This document shows, piece by piece, positions 1-15,100 of a DNA stretch of 64,000 bases. The translations under genes and the position numbers were made by a program. Where the stretch lies: positions 1-64,000 of IMG/VR virus record IMGVR_UViG_3300045125_000158; one strand, 5' to 3'. The notes beneath the pieces were generated by a model. The model worked only from the letters and a program-made list of their open reading frames with translations. It did not search any database and was not told the DNA's origin. The stretch comes from a virus. Within the stretch, counting starts at the first letter, position 1, and every line of letters begins with the position of its first letter.

Positions 1-2962
1 AATAATTGATTCGTTAGCAGTTTCGCTAGGAACGACGCCAATATTTACCGGCTGTGAAAAGTTTCCACATTTATCAGCTGTGACAAGAGAATAATAGCTG
101 ACTACATTATTTTCTATATTCCGATCAACAAATTCAAAATCTGTAGAATTACCAACATAAACTAATACAGCAGAATTACTTACTTTTTTGAGTCACCATC
201 GATAATTGGGCTTCCTTTATCTGACCAATATACTAATATTTTGAGAAACATTTTGATCATCAACCCTCATCCCATAATATATATGCTTTGGCATTTCCAG
301 TGACAAAGCGTACATTATTTAATTGAGGAAGATAAGATAAAGTTATAGCTGCATTTTTTGCATTTATATTTTCAAATTCAGGTATTGAGATTTGCAGCTC
401 TGGAGAATCTGATGAAAGACTTGTATTTCCCAGAACGTTTTGAGTATACAATCTGAAGTAATAATTACGCAAATGAACATAATCAAATGGCAAAGCTACG
501 ACTGTTTCGCCTGCTATTGCGGTTTTTGCATGCACCTCAAGGCCATCATATTCATTATTTATATGTTCTCCGTAACCGTTTAATATTAAATACGGCTCTG
601 TAATTACTTCGGATGTAGCTCCGGTTGCTTGCGGTTCTTGATAATCAAAATTAGCAGTACCAATAGCTTCCTTGCGTATAATTTTTACATTTCCACCCTG
701 ATAATTAAAATCTTGGCTAACAAAGTATTTTAATATTACTAATCTGTCGCCGTTGTCAACTACTTTTCTTGCCAATGATGTTGGCATTTCTGATGCAGCA
801 AAAATATAGCTTTCGCTACGTATAGTATTATGGACGCTTATTTCCGTAATTTTACCAAGAAATTGATTTTCTGCCCCACCAATATAAACATTCATTCCGG
901 ATTCGCTATACTTGATACCTTTTGTCAAAGATCCAGTGCCAGAAAAACACCATCCAAATAGAAATTTGCATATAAAAGATCAGTATCAAAACAAACCGTT
1001 ACATGTTGCCATTTACCTAGATCCAAAACCCCTTCACTTACGGCAATAGTTACATCATCTAACGTAAATGTTAATTTACCATTTGTGTCAATTCCAAATT
1101 TGTACGACAAATTACTTGTTGCATAATCTTCTCTTGTGAAAATATTTCTATTTTGCGAAAAATTAAATGCATAAATCCAAGCTATAATGGTAAAATTATT
1201 CGAAATAATTTTATTGCTCGAATCCATACCAGAAAAATATGTTGAGCCGTCAAGTCGCAAACCGCTAGTGCCATCAGGAACATCAGTGCTACTCAGCCAA
1301 ATTGTATCATTTTTATTACTAGTAAGTATCAAATTCGAATCTGAAAAATCATACAGAACATTCTCGTCAGCTTCGTTCATGTGCCAAAGGCCAACAGTGT
1401 TGTTATCGCGTTTACGACCAGTTCCTGTAATTATTCTATATGTGAAATTTCCAGCACCTCTTGGCAATATTTTCTCATGCGTAGTAACTTTAAGAAATTT
1501 TCCTCGGCTAAATACGCCATCAACATTATAGGTATAAGCGGCATAATAATAGGTTTGGTTTGTTTCAAGATTCTCATCTAAAGCCCGCTGAAACAAGCCT
1601 TCAGAAACTACATCTCCATCTAATGGATTTTCTGGATATCCGTCCAATTTTCTCACAATACGCACACCCGCATAGCCGCTTTCCTGATCTGCAAAAAGGC
1701 TTGAGACACTGCTGCAACATTACTTGTATTTACTTGATCTGATTCTACAACAGCAAAAAATCAAGTTTGATTGGGGCTGCTCCATAGGTTGCTAAATTAT
1801 ATCTTACCTCACCTGGATAAGTAGCTTCCAACTTTATCAATCATTTTTTTCGTTAATACGTGCCGCAATCCAGTATTATCATTCCAGCTCTGAGAACCAC
1901 TCTGATCCACCACAACCGAAACTAATCTATTAGATAAACCTAAAGCCACTTTATCTGTTGACTCATCAATATTTACAATTTTAGTTTGTACAAAATTGGG
2001 AGAAAGTTTGTTGTCGCTAAATTTTTGCACATCTAATGATATCGATGTTGCGGGTGGAATGATAATTTTTCAGATTTAGTATCTAAAGAGTTGTGAAATG
2101 TAAAATATTTTACCGCATATTTACTGTCACAATTTATAACATAAGAACTTGCCTTCGTCATCATATGTCAATACACATGTATTTGCAGAAAGAACCGACT
2201 GATCATCAGCGTAATCCCATGTAAGATACTGCGTATCGCTTGATCCCGACACGAAAAAGGCCTAAAGCATAATTGCCCGAAAAATCTATATCATTTGTAC
2301 CAGGTATAGATTTGAGAACAAAATTGTACCAATTGTCTCTAATTATTTCATTTAGAGTAGTTTTATAGCCATAAAAATTCAGGGTAGATATAATATTATT
2401 TTGAGCATTCAGATTGAATAATTTACAATGCAACGTGCAAAAAGCATTTTTGAAATGAAGATTTGTTGGTAATACATTACTTTGCGTTACTACTATAGTA
2501 TCAATGTAATAATTTGCGGTAGTTGGCTGTAAAGTAATATCTATTTTTTGTCATCTTTTTAAATATCAAATCAGTGGATATCCACTGCCAAGCATCATCA
2601 ACTACAAGGTTTTCTGTGGTTTTTTGATAGATACCATCAATAAAGCAATTCAAGTGAAAAGTATTTTGTCCGCCATTTTTCTTTATTCGCAAATATATAT
2701 AATGCTTGCCTGCAGATGCTTTAATTGGATATGTCATATACCCAAATTGTTGTGAAGTTCCTGACTGTCCTACTTCCATACATCCAGCATGTAGAGAGCC
2801 AGAAATATTTGGATTAAAAATTATATAATTTTCATCTTGCGATAAATAGGAAAAATTAGCTGCACTAAAAGCAACATTGCTTCCTGATGGCACTATGAAA
2901 GCTGCACTGCTATCAATTGAACCAACTGTTCTTATATAAACTGATGCCTTAGTTAAATTCAT
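1..2962 (-). CDS. Large multidomain virion/tail-associated protein, N-terminal part (CBM-like, vWA-like DxSxS, FN3-like, LamG); runs off the left edge; frameshifted in this sequence
   Basis: Rejoined from ORFs 2501-2962, 2206-2433, 1809-2030, 925-1665 and 260-928. Motifs VVDQSGSQS, LETNQTYYYAAYTYNVDG and LamG GLWHMNE...FTIIAWI...GKWQHVTV...FYLDG...YIGG...FLGKITEI. The junction near 945 is restored by one extra T in a T-run. Confidence 0.7.
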
Positions 2963-3038
2963 GCTTGAACATACCTTATTTTTTATTTACAAGAGGATAT
3001 GCATCTTATACAATTATTTTCATCAATATCTTGCAAAA

Positions 3039-3054
3039 CTAGATAATTATCGTC
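3039..3054 (-). promoter_or_regulatory. GACGATAW motif copy (candidate phage late promoter)
   Basis: GACGATAATTATCTAG at the start of the intergenic gap upstream of the 2962 ATG. Confidence 0.45.
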
Positions 3055-6000
3055 AACGCAATCTTGAACCAGTGGCGAGTTTTTTGATATAACTTTCTTT
3101 ACTCAATTGATAATTATTGCCACCAAATAAATATGTGTCAGTTTGCGTTTTTAATATTTTATGTAAATTACCTAGCTTTGATTGGTTTGTCACAAAATCA
3201 GAACCATATTGTATATATTTGCCATCACTTAGAGCGATATATGCAACCTGTTCATGTACGAATATGTCATTAATTGCAACAGACGCAGAAAGTTCTAAAT
3301 CTTCAAAAACATCAAGTAGCTGCAGCTGCAATCTACCACTATAGAACGTGCCATTATCTTGATACAAACCAGCATTAGTGCCGACAAGTATCTTGTTTTT
3401 AAATTTACTAATTACGTTAATCGTTTTACCGGAAACTCTACCCAAGCTATTCCATGAATACACCATCATTAGTAGACAAAATTGCTGAAGCATTTGTTAT
3501 TGCAAAAGCAGAGTCAGGAACAATCATCTGCAAAATAGGATCATTTGTTGTGAGCACTTTCACAAATGAAGAGGCATCTAGCTGCCTAGCATAGATACCC
3601 GTATCTCCGCCCACAATTATAGTATTATTCCTAAAAATTAAAAAACAATTCAATTTATTGGGCAGTCCTGTTATATTTTCTTTTGTAACAGCTTCAGTAT
3701 TGATATTATATTTATAGATATATCTTTCATCCAAAATGTAAATATAATTATCAAATCTTTTTATATCAACGATTTGCAATAATTTATCTGCGGATAAATT
3801 AATTTTTGATATTGAATTTGTAATTTCATCAATAACAATTACGCCACCATATCCGCCTACCCATATTTGTTTTTTATCTACGTAAGCAAAAATTGATTTG
3901 GGATAAGGTATAAGTAAATTTTTGTTCCCTGCATCTAATTCAAGATTATAGTCAATTGTGGAGTTTATTCGATCATAAAAATTATTATTTTTTGGCACTA
4001 TGTATTTTGCTTGATATTCCGGAGCTGTAAATTTTTGATAATTAGGATATAGTTTTTCTTGCCCTATGCCTCCGCAAATAACATTTGCATGATGGATTTG
4101 ACTTAAGTGTGATGGCATACCAGAATTAACCCATTCAAGAGTGTCTTCAACTGTTATATGTGGCAAACCAACATTAGTCAACGAAGGATTACGCACGCTT
4201 ATTTGCATTTTATCATATTTTGTGACCGATTGGGCCAAACTTAAAGTTCCGTCCGTAGAGTTTGCTATGCCCACTATTTCATGACGAGCATAGTTTTCTG
4301 GAAATTTATCTCCAACAGATCCAGTAAATGTGTATTTGTATCTTGGGTACCCGAAACCAGCAACCTTGTCACTGTTGATTGTTCCACCTAAAGATGCGAT
4401 TCTGTACTTGCCAAATTTAGCAACTTTAGTTCTGCTTGCATATTCAGCTGGAATTTTAGTGTCAAATCCTGGAATTATTTGCGTTGTTGGATCTATAGAT
4501 AATAAAACATCTTCATAATCAAAATAACTTAAAGGCAGAGGACTTGGAGGTGCGTAAGTTATTTTATGAGAGAACTACTGTAGCTTCGATATAATATGCT
4601 GCATTATAAAATTTTTGTAGCTACTTCAGCCATTTCTTGCAATGTAATCTGTCTATTGCCTAAAACGGTCCACCAAATAATCCCTGTGCAACCTACTTTA
4701 AATGCAGCTTTTATTTAAAAAATCACAAATATCATCATTCAAAGTTGCTTCTTGACGTAAATCTTTTGGCCATGTAAATATATATGTCTTTTTTTGCTTT
4801 TCTTCCAATTTCCATACAATCGCGCAAACTCAATAGGTAAAACAATTTTTCCTGAATTGGATCGCCTTGTCTTCTACCGTTTTGTGTGATTTGCAAAGGA
4901 ATATCATAAGGCGCTTGTTTGTTGAAATAGGTAAAGAGAAGGCGCAATATAGTCAAAAGATTTTATCCATTCATCCCAATAAAACATTTCTTGCTCAGCA
5001 GCACTTATTTATAACATCTGGATTTGCTTTACCAAAATTCAAACCGTCTAATCGCCATGAATTAGCCTCTGGATTAGCTGCATAAAAACCTATTTTTTAC
5101 GTTAGGTCTAACTTCTCTGATGGTTTTATTTAATTCCTGCATATAATAAAGCCAACGGCTCGCCCATGTTTTTTGTAAATAATCACTTTGTTGGGCTTCA
5201 TTTTTATTTACAGACCAACCCCCTGGGTTAACCTGATCTTCAACCCATATCCACCAATTTCTTAATGTTCTAGGAGCTAGACCAGAATTTGGTGAAGACC
5301 TAAACAGTCTTGTTGTTGCCGTATCAAACATATCAAGACCATAACCAATAGATACTCTGTAACTAGATCCGTCTGGGGAAGTTAATGCCATTTCAAAATT
5401 ATGAAATATGTCTCCATCATACGATTCCGACAAATAGCGCCAGCTGGTCTAAAAATTCCACGTAAATTATTAGCGAGCGTTTGTTTTGCTTTATTAAGTT
5501 TGTCCTCTTGATACAACCATAATAGAGAGTCACCACTCATAGATTGTAATTCATTTCCAATTGCCGAACAAGGAACCCATGCTTGACAGACTACCCGAAG
5601 GCAAAGACCAGTCATAATATGCATCGAACTGATATAAACCCATCATATTTTTTACTTTTGGTGGATTTGCGGTATAACTTTTATGAAAATCATCTGGAAC
5701 ACAAACTTTTCTATTCAAAACTGGATCAGCTACTCTACATACCGAATCATTGCCTATAGGATGCACGCTTGAATATAAAACAAAATCATCTTTCCAATTG
5801 ATCTTGTTTGGATATAGACATTCATTTCTAACTATTCTACCAATAGTAACCGGCACTGCTTGATATTTATTTTCTATTAATTGCACATAAGAATCATAAG
5901 CTTGTCTTGTTTGATCATTATTTCCAAAATCAGCATACCAAGAATCAATAGACATATATACCCATGGATCGAAACCTTGCAATAATAAATCTAAAAACCA

Positions 6001-7531
6001 ATCACGACCACCTTTGGCATAATCACTGCTCAGAAACTCTGAACGATCAATATAGCTAGGCACGGCTAAATTATACAACGAGTTGTCGTTTTTACTCAAA
6101 ACACTAAGAGTTGAAGACGAATAAGACCTTCTCCAACCTTCTAAATAGTTAAACACATAACGATCGGACAAGTTGTTAGGAATATTTGATAAAGACAAGC
6201 CACTTGAGGCAATTAATCCTCCGTCATCAAAGTTGTTTTTTATACTACTTAGATGTTGCGGATTATTAATATTAAAATTTTGAGCAGCTTCACTATAACT
6301 ACCTAAATTTACCTTTTTTAACGCATCAGGAGCAGCAAAAAAATACGAAAATTATTTTCAGATTCCCATTGCTTTAGCTCTGCCAAAGTATTTCGCAAAT
6401 TGATTGGTAAATTTGCAAAATAAGATGGATTGCTTCCAGTGTCATTATTGCCCCATCCAGATATATTAAATAGCATGGCAGCCTTATATCCATGTAATTT
6501 TAAGAGTGCCAAATCTAAAATATTGTCTAATAATTTTTCCAACCAGATACATTTTGTGGATTTACAAAATTCTGACCAGGTAACGGCACCAAGCCATTCA
6601 GGCTAGATTTGGTAGCAGTTTCAAATAGATAATATCTTCTTGGATTATCTTTAGCTTGAAAATATGATTTAGGAGCATTTGCTCCGCCTAAACTAACGCC
6701 ATATATTCTTCCGCTCACTCTAGGCCCATGATTTGCATCAGGATAATTTTCCCAGTACCAAGCAAAATATGGTTCATACGAACACAGAGCTGCAATTTTC
6801 CTATAGGTAAGATTGCCATGCCTTGTGATTGGAGCATCAAAAGAACACATATTATTGTAGTTTTCAAATCGCAACCATATTTTCCACGTTCGCGTCTCTC
6901 CAGGAGCAAACCTGTCAGTAACGCCTATGCTTGGGACGTTAATATTGTTGTCAATTCTAAAATACGCCTTCAGAGTCAATGGATCCAAAATCGCCATAAA
7001 TTTTGAAAGGATATCTATAGTTTGTTGATACACTCATCATCTGCAAACCTTCAGAAACAAAACCATTAGATACATAATTATCAATAGTTAAACATGGCGA
7101 AAACCAGTTTTATGCTGTAAATAGCGTTCTTATTTCCAAAATAATCTGTTGCAGGATTTTTATTCGTGGGATATTGTATTTGCTCAAGTCTTATTCCGTA
7201 TGAATCGTGATTAGTGCAATTTCTAACATGTCTCCAGTATGAATTACTACCAGCTGCATTCCAATTAGGATGATACATGCCACTATCAATTTTTATACTG
7301 AGGAGCAGGCTGCTCAGTCTGTGTTTTATTCGTAAGGGTTATTGTAATATTTATTCCGCGCCACTCAATCGTTTGTTTTTCAAATATAATATCCCATGTA
7401 GATGCATTTTGTGACAGAGGATTACCCGTATTTGCTTCACGCAAAATATCTGCATTATAATTATTAATATCTAACCAAATATATCTCTGCGCATTTGGAT
7501 TGCCGCTTTCACGCGGAGAAAATAATGACAT
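3053..7531 (-). CDS. ~1490-aa putative tail-associated protein with glycanase-like (TIM-barrel-like) region(s) and a C-terminal beta-propeller; frameshifted
   Basis: ATG at 7531 follows GGAGG. Consecutive overlapping ORF pieces run from 7286-7531 to 3053-3493. C-terminal propeller-type repeats IWVGGYGGV, IIVGGDTGIY, ILVGTNAGLY. The Trp/Tyr-rich middle region has YMQELNKTIREVRPNVK. Could be more than one gene. Confidence 0.55.
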
Positions 7532-7532
7532 T

Positions 7533-10500
7533 TCATCCTCCTAAATCTGTTGTACTTTTAGCTGTCGCACCAGTAGCAGTATTTATGTTAGCGGTAATAT
7601 CTGAAGTAGTATCAGGTAGTAGAACGCCACCTGCAATATTTTCGCCACCACCATTGCTACCAAAATCTGCCGTTCCTCAATCAGCTCTTGTTTCAAATTG
7701 AATGTATCGTCTAATTCGCTACCATATCTTCCAGGAAGCGAACTACTCGGATAGTTCTTATCCATTCATTATATAAGCCATGCGTACCTATATAAGATTT
7801 ATTATAAGAAGTTGATTTGTTTAAAAGAAGCACTCTAAATTCAGGAGGAACAAAATCAACAGTAGAAGCTGTTCCATCAGTATTGGTAACACTTATAGTG
7901 CGTGCATCTTCGTAAATTTGGGACAAGAATTTATTTAAGGAATCAAATGTGGCAACGACATGATCTTTATCAAAGTTTTTGAATGACACAAAAGCATTAT
8001 TTTCATCAAGATTCTTTTCAACTAAAGAAGACCTTGCGGCATTAAATGCTGTCAATGCAGCATCTGCTCCAAAGCATGAGCGTTTCTGTCGTTATAAACG
8101 GGCAGAATCAAAGCTTCAACTGAATCGGCTGGTTTTTCTGCCAAACTAATTTCATTAATTGCTACGCCGTTTAAAAATAAAGTTACAGAAGATAGGTAGT
8201 TATCATTTACCCAGCCACCATATTTAGCAGTAAATACTCTATATTGATTAGCAACAGTAACTACCGATCCAAATGGTAACTTTGCATCAAAACATAGATA
8301 TTTACCAAGACTAGAGTTGCTTGTGGTAAATCTGTATCCTATTTTTGTGGCTCACCATTTATATATATTGTAGGCATGACCCCTTGCGATTGTTCGAAAT
8401 GGATTGCAAGATTATTTGTTCTTTCGCTTATGTACAAACGGTTTTCTGTTCCTATAAAAAGCTTACCATCAATCACATTCAGTGAAGTAATTGGCAATTG
8501 TTGATTTTTAATTTGCAAATTAGGAAATGCAATTTCAAATTTTATATCACTATCTGTATAAATATTATTTCGAGATGACGAAACCAATAGCCCAAGGTCA
8601 GTGGAGACATAAATTCGATTTTGCCAAATAACCATTAGCCGTGAAACCTGGACATCTTCTAACACACCTATTCTTTGATAGAATGATGTTGTCAAAGATT
8701 TCCTAAAAACCATAAAATCAGTTAATGCAAAAATATAATTATCATCTTGCAATAATGCATATATAGGCTTTTGTTGCGTAAATTCATCGATGAAGAACCA
8801 ATTCTTACCGCCGTCTACCGATTCAAATAAACCAAAATTATTACTTACTAACAATCTTTGCAAAACATTATCATAAAGAAGAGCATATCCTTCAGTGCTC
8901 GCAGGGCCAAAAATAGGCAGCTGTTCTAGGTAAAAAACATTTTCTCCGATTGATTTATTTAGTTTATAAACTCCAAGATCGCTGCTACAATATATTTCGC
9001 CATTTTTGTCTTGAACAATATCACGTATTATTTTTGTGTTTTCTGCTCCGGAAACTTCTCTCCAATCATTGAAATCATTGGCAGTTTCGCCTCTTCCGTA
9101 AAAAAATCCAGTATTTGTAGGCCGCAAAGAAAGATTTGTATTTATTTGAATAATAAAATTTTAGACACTGGTGTTACTAATGACTTTTTCTTATTCCAAG
9201 TATTACCATAGTCGGCACTGGTATAAATGCCATCGCTTGTGGCGGCTAGTAATTCAACATTCGTACTATTAATTGGAATGATATCGTAAAATACTACAGC
9301 ATCTCCAAAAAATTCGTTTTGATTTTCCAGAGTATATCGATATCACTCCATCTAAATCTATGGTTGACAACTGCAACGGAACTAATTCTTCCTTGTAACG
9401 CCCATCATGATTTATATCAAATAATTGTCTTTTCTCAAATAATCCAGATGTTATTTGTGTTGCGTCAACTGTTTTTACTCTATTAGCAGGCAATACACCA
9501 TCCACTTCTTCTATGCCGCCAAAGCTTGCAGTTACATCAGGTAATGTTGTAAAAGGGTATGTCCCGGCATCAGCTTCGTATCCTGTTTCTGCCAGCTTCG
9601 TTTCAAACGTAATTTTGCCGAGCTGTTTATCTAAAATATAAATGATATTATAATCACTTACTTTTTATTATTTAGATAAACCTCGTAGTTAGAAGTTTTT
9701 GAAATATCTGTAGAAGTAGTGAATGTTTGATTATCAACAGTTGCCCAATCAATTACAAGCAGCTGATCGTTTAAATTTATTCTTCTATCATCATCATCCG
9801 CATAATATTGATGCTTATGGGTAGCCAAGACTTTTCTTGTTTCAATCCTGACTGGATCTTCCAATCCAGCAATATTTCTAGCAACTGATGTGTCAATAAA
9901 CACTACTGCATCTTGTATATTTATTTTTGCCAACAATACAGCATTTGTGACTGTATTATTGCTTTCTGTAACATATGGTTCAGCTTCATTTCTATATTTG
10001 CGCAAAATATAATATATCTTAGCAGTTTTAATTAATGCATTCTGATCTAAAAAATAACTACTTGAAGATGGGACGTTTGTTAAATATTCAAAAGAATATT
10101 TATTACCAACTGATTTGTATATTTCATAACCATCAAAAACTCCACCAGTTGGTTGCCAAGACAAGGCGATATTGTTTCCTACAATCTCGCATGAAAAATC
10201 GTCAATAATAGGCAAAGACGATAGAGACTTAGGTCTTCCTGCAACAAATGACTGTGATGCAAGTGAGTTATCGAAAAAATTGACTGAGCGAAGCCCTGCC
10301 TTATTAATAGCTACAACAAAATATGCATATGATATTCCATTTTCAACTTCATAATCCGTATATGAATACTGATTGCCATCTAGACTCTCAATCAAAGAAA
10401 AATCAGATGAAGTCAAATCATACTGGTCCATAGCCCTATAAACTTCAAAATTCTGTATATCAGCAAAAGTATCAAGCGTCCAAGTAATTATATTTTGTTT

Positions 10501-12148
10501 ATCACCAACAAAAATATTAATACGAGGTGGCAAAGGCCTATTTATTTGTGAATTGATTGTTAATGTATACTGCGTAGAAACAATATCACTTTGATTAGCA
10601 AACTCATCACTGCAGTACACATCCACAAAATATTCTGCGTTCGTTTGCACGTATTTTTTTATCCAATAAATAGGAAATTTGCCTTACCTATATTTTTATA
10701 ATCAAAAATAGTTGTTTGTACGTTATTGAGCTTTTGCTTTATACGTATGTAATTATTCGCAAAAATTGATTGTGAATTTAAAAAGTTTATACTTAGACTA
10801 TAATCAAGATTTTGAGTAATTTCCAGATTATATGGAGCTTCCGGCTTAACATAGCTTCTTGTAACATGCTTTACACGCTTACCAACACTCGTGGTACCAT
10901 CATCTAATGCATTTTTAACTGTGATATAATACGTTTTACGTGGCTCAATAGACTTGTAGAAAATACTGTTATCTTTCTTATATGCAAATATTTCTATAGA
11001 TTTTGTGCTTATACCACCAGATATGCTAATCATTTCACTTGTAATTACGAATCCATCCGATCCGTATTCCTCAATTAAAATTTGACCTAAACCGTCAAAT
11101 TCCTCATATGGTGAATCGTAAGATCCCATGAAATATTTAATCCGTTGCGATTTTGTGATGTAATATTTTCATAGTCTATTACGTTTATAAATAATATATC
11201 TGGTGGTCCGACGTAAAATCTTGGAGTTGCTCTTTTTGGGACCCCACTACTTTGCACTTTATTTGTGGATACAGATTTTAAAACAATTAAATATAATTGA
11301 TCATTATCTAAGTTATTTATTGTAAGATCAACTTTATCATAATTGGCTTCATAAAGTACTGTCAACCCTTGCACTATTCCATCAACAGATATTGGGGTTA
11401 CTTCAGCAACGTATTTCGAAATATCACCGAACGCAGCACTGTTCCATGTCAAATAAATCAAATTTTTACCGCTTACGACTTGTACGTTGGTTGGATTTGC
11501 AGGAACAGACAAATCCGCATTAGTAACAGTAGTTAATACCGATGAAAAATTGCTTGTATTACCAGAAAAATCTACACTTTTTATTTTATAATAATATATT
11601 TTATTTTCTGTGAGGCCAGTATCTGTGTAAGAATTATTGTCAGTATCAAAAATTAATTCATATGAAATATTATCTACACTTCTGTAAATTAAAAATTTAC
11701 TGAAATCATAGTCATTATTTGCGTCCCAACTCAACGATAATGAATCTATACTAGTTCCAGTTGCTTTTATATTTGCGGGCACTGCTGGTGGCGTAGAGTC
11801 AAAATAATTAATTGATACAATATTTGAGAAACCACTCAATTGACCAGTAACGCCTGGTCGTCCTCGCATCCAAATATAGTATTGCGAATTATCTACTAAT
11901 GATCTTGCATAGTCACCATATGTCTTAGTAATTTGGCGACCAATCATACCCCAGCCTTCGGTTACTTTCAGAGTTAAATTATTATCAACAGACATGCTCC
12001 AGCCTTGTATTACACCTGGTCCTATTAGATCAGATATAAAAGCCATGCCTTGATCAATCGTGTCAAACCTTCTTTTATCTATTGCTCCTGAATAGTAATC
12101 ACCAAGAACAAAATACTCGATACCAAAATGTGGAGTTTTTTCTGCCAT
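7533..12148 (-). CDS. ~1540-aa tail fibre/adhesin-like protein: fibre-type N-terminus, tandem fibronectin type III domains, THKH motif, BNR/Asp-box beta-propeller; frameshifted
   Basis: Starts MAEKTPHFG, overlapping the upstream stop. FN3 signatures DSTPPAVPANI...LSWDAN...YTDTGLTENKIYYYKIKSVDFSGNTS and YTDYEVENGISYAYFVVAINKAG. Asp-box SVDGGKNW. TGA at 7533-7535. Confidence 0.75.
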
Positions 12149-15100
12149 TACACTTTAACTCGCATGCTTAGAAACTCGTTATTTTCAAGCTCAAACATAA
12201 TTGCAAAAATTTTGACTACAGGCACATCACTGTAATCGCCACAATAAATTTGAGAGGCAGTATCATTTGCCTTAAATGTGAATGAATTACTATTGTTTTC
12301 AAAACTCACTCCGTCATATACGTCAACAGATAAATAATATGTACGATTAGGTTCTATATAGCTTAATAATGGAGTAAATGTTATCGTAGTTGTTTGTCCT
12401 GGATCCATTGTTACTCCATATACACTAATCATCTCTGTTCCAGCAAACCAATTTGTAACATCATTGCCGCTAAATGCTGTAGTATTTTAGATCGGTTCTT
12501 TCTGGATTATTATAAAATCTTATGCGGAAGTGATAATTTTCAGATATGGTTTTTGTATTCATAAAGTCAAATGTTATAGTATCAACAAAAGTAGTGGCGC
12601 AAGTTTGATAGAAAATATTATCATTCAAAATTAAATTTGTACCACTACTGCTTGTATCTTCAATCTTTACGTAATATATAGTATTACAACGAAGAGGAGT
12701 TTCTCCAACGGGGGTATGATAAACTTTACGGTTTGATTTTGATTAAGTGATACACCGCCAGTTGGGAATATATCTCCATCAAGACTAAATCCAAGCACGG
12801 AATCTGATGAATTAGCAGAATAAATCAATCGCTGCAAAGAACTATCACTGTAAAAAGCTACTTTGAAGTTATATGTTGTAGCAATAGAATTTATATTTTC
12901 AAAATTCCATTCAAGTGAATTAAGCATAGCCATTTCGCCATATGGAGTATGCTCTGGCGCAAAACCTGATGGCTCAAATTTTGTGGGAGTAATTAAACGT
13001 ATGCCAACTCTCATATTTTGACCATTCTGAATTTCTTCAGTTGTAAAAATTCTGTTTTCATCTATAATTTGATATTCAGAAAAACTAGTTGAGTCTTTAG
13101 TGCTAATACCAAATACAACCTCCGCAGATACAGGTAGCAGTTTTGTTGAAGTCAATATGCCTCCTTTCAATCTGCTTGGTAAAACAAAATTTGTAGTGAA
13201 GAAATGTGTTGAATCACTTGCAATCATGCGTACTACAACGTTTTTGACTGAAGGGACTTAGACTTCTAACAAAACTACGCAAAACTATTTTGAACTGCAA
13301 AAATTGACCCGATAAAAACCGTATATCTGCAGACAAGTCTTTACCGTCTACAACATATGAAAATTCTGCATCTAAAAGAGCATCTCTAGTGTTTGCAGTT
13401 CTTACATGTAATTCCATGCCTGTGTTGTCAGGAATGCTTTGCTTCCTAAATAATCTTGTCCCAGGACACAAAATTATTTGAACCATTAAATATCTCAGAA
13501 TAATATTCACCGAGTTCTTGCTCAATGATGTCAGCAGAATAAAATTTGCTATTACCTTCTCTAATCGCTTTTGCATTTCCAAATTCATCAACTTGCAAAA
13601 TTTCTATTTTGATTTATAAAATCTGTTAAATTACTTATATTAATTTCTGCAACCAAATTTTCATCCAAAACTGTTTGAGCAGCATCAGTGTACAATGAAG
13701 TTGCATTACCGGCCTTATCAATAAGCTTTAAATAAATTCCTTTTTGTATTATCAATTTTTGCAATCTTGTAAATATAAGAATCGCTTATAAACCAGATTG
13801 TATCATCATCGCCACCAACAATTGCATTTATTGTTTCAGTGTGCGTAAATTTATTGATCCAGACATTATCAAGGTAATATATAGAACTACCTATAGATGC
13901 ATACAAAATATCATTAATATTTACGATGCTTTTTACCGCACTTGGTATTGTTTTAAATGAATGTATAAAACTTCCATCTGGAGTACGTGATCGTTTAATT
14001 TGACCATTACTGCTGTAACCAGCAAATACAAACTCGGTTTGATTAACATTTGCAACGCCAACTGCTTAAGCAATTTCTATCAGCGTTGACATCAACAATC
14101 TGCTTGAGTATTATTTACAGGATCTAGCTTGTAGACACGACCTTCCGAGCCAGTACCCGCATACAATTCACCCTTAGAGTGGGCAAGAGAATACACTGCA
14201 TTACTAATGCCCGTAAAAATTTGTTTTGTAGTTACTCCATCGTATGAATATAAGGAGCCAGAACCACTACCGCCGCCACCACCAAAATAAAGCACATCGT
14301 CATAAACAATTGCACAATAAGCATGTGTATTATTAGGTAGCGTTCTAAATAAATCAAATTTGTTGGTATTGTTATTAAGTATATATATTTTAGCTATACC
14401 ATTTACTGATCCAGTACTAACATATATATTATTATTATAATCTATAATAAATTCAACAGAGGCATTTACATCAGAAACTCCAGCAACAATCTCCAGCCTA
14501 TCAAATAATTGCCAAGTTTTTGTTTGATTGTCAAATTTATATATATTTGCTGGTTCAGCAGTTCCTGCTAAATATGTAATATTACCACCAACTGGTTGAT
14601 AAGCAAGTATTCTTCTTCCCTTGCCTTTGATGTAAATGTAAACTGCTTTGTGGCTGAATCAAAAATATCACCTATGTTATGCAATAAAAAATCTTGAAAA
14701 CACTAGCAGGAGCAAGTTCATTTTCCCCGATCTGAAGTGAAAAACTTCGTAAAATTAGAAACCACCATTTTGCCATCATAACCATGAAACTTCATCAAAT
14801 ATAGCATTAGTATCCGTACTCAAAGGATCAACTTTCACTTCAAAAACTGTGCGGTCTCTTCATTCCCAACAAGATTTTTACCTTGCGGTAGGTTTTCGAT
14901 CAAGTATGATCTCATCGTATGGAAGATCTGTTTGCGCTACTGATTGATCTGCAGAGAACTAATGTCACCGCCAGTACTTGCAAAAAATGTTGTTTTTGGC
15001 TGGTATTATCTTTTGTAGACGTGTCGCCTCTGCTACCAATTGCTAGCTCTTCAGCTTTGTTTTGTGCAAAATTACCAAGATTCTCTATATCAAAACGCAC

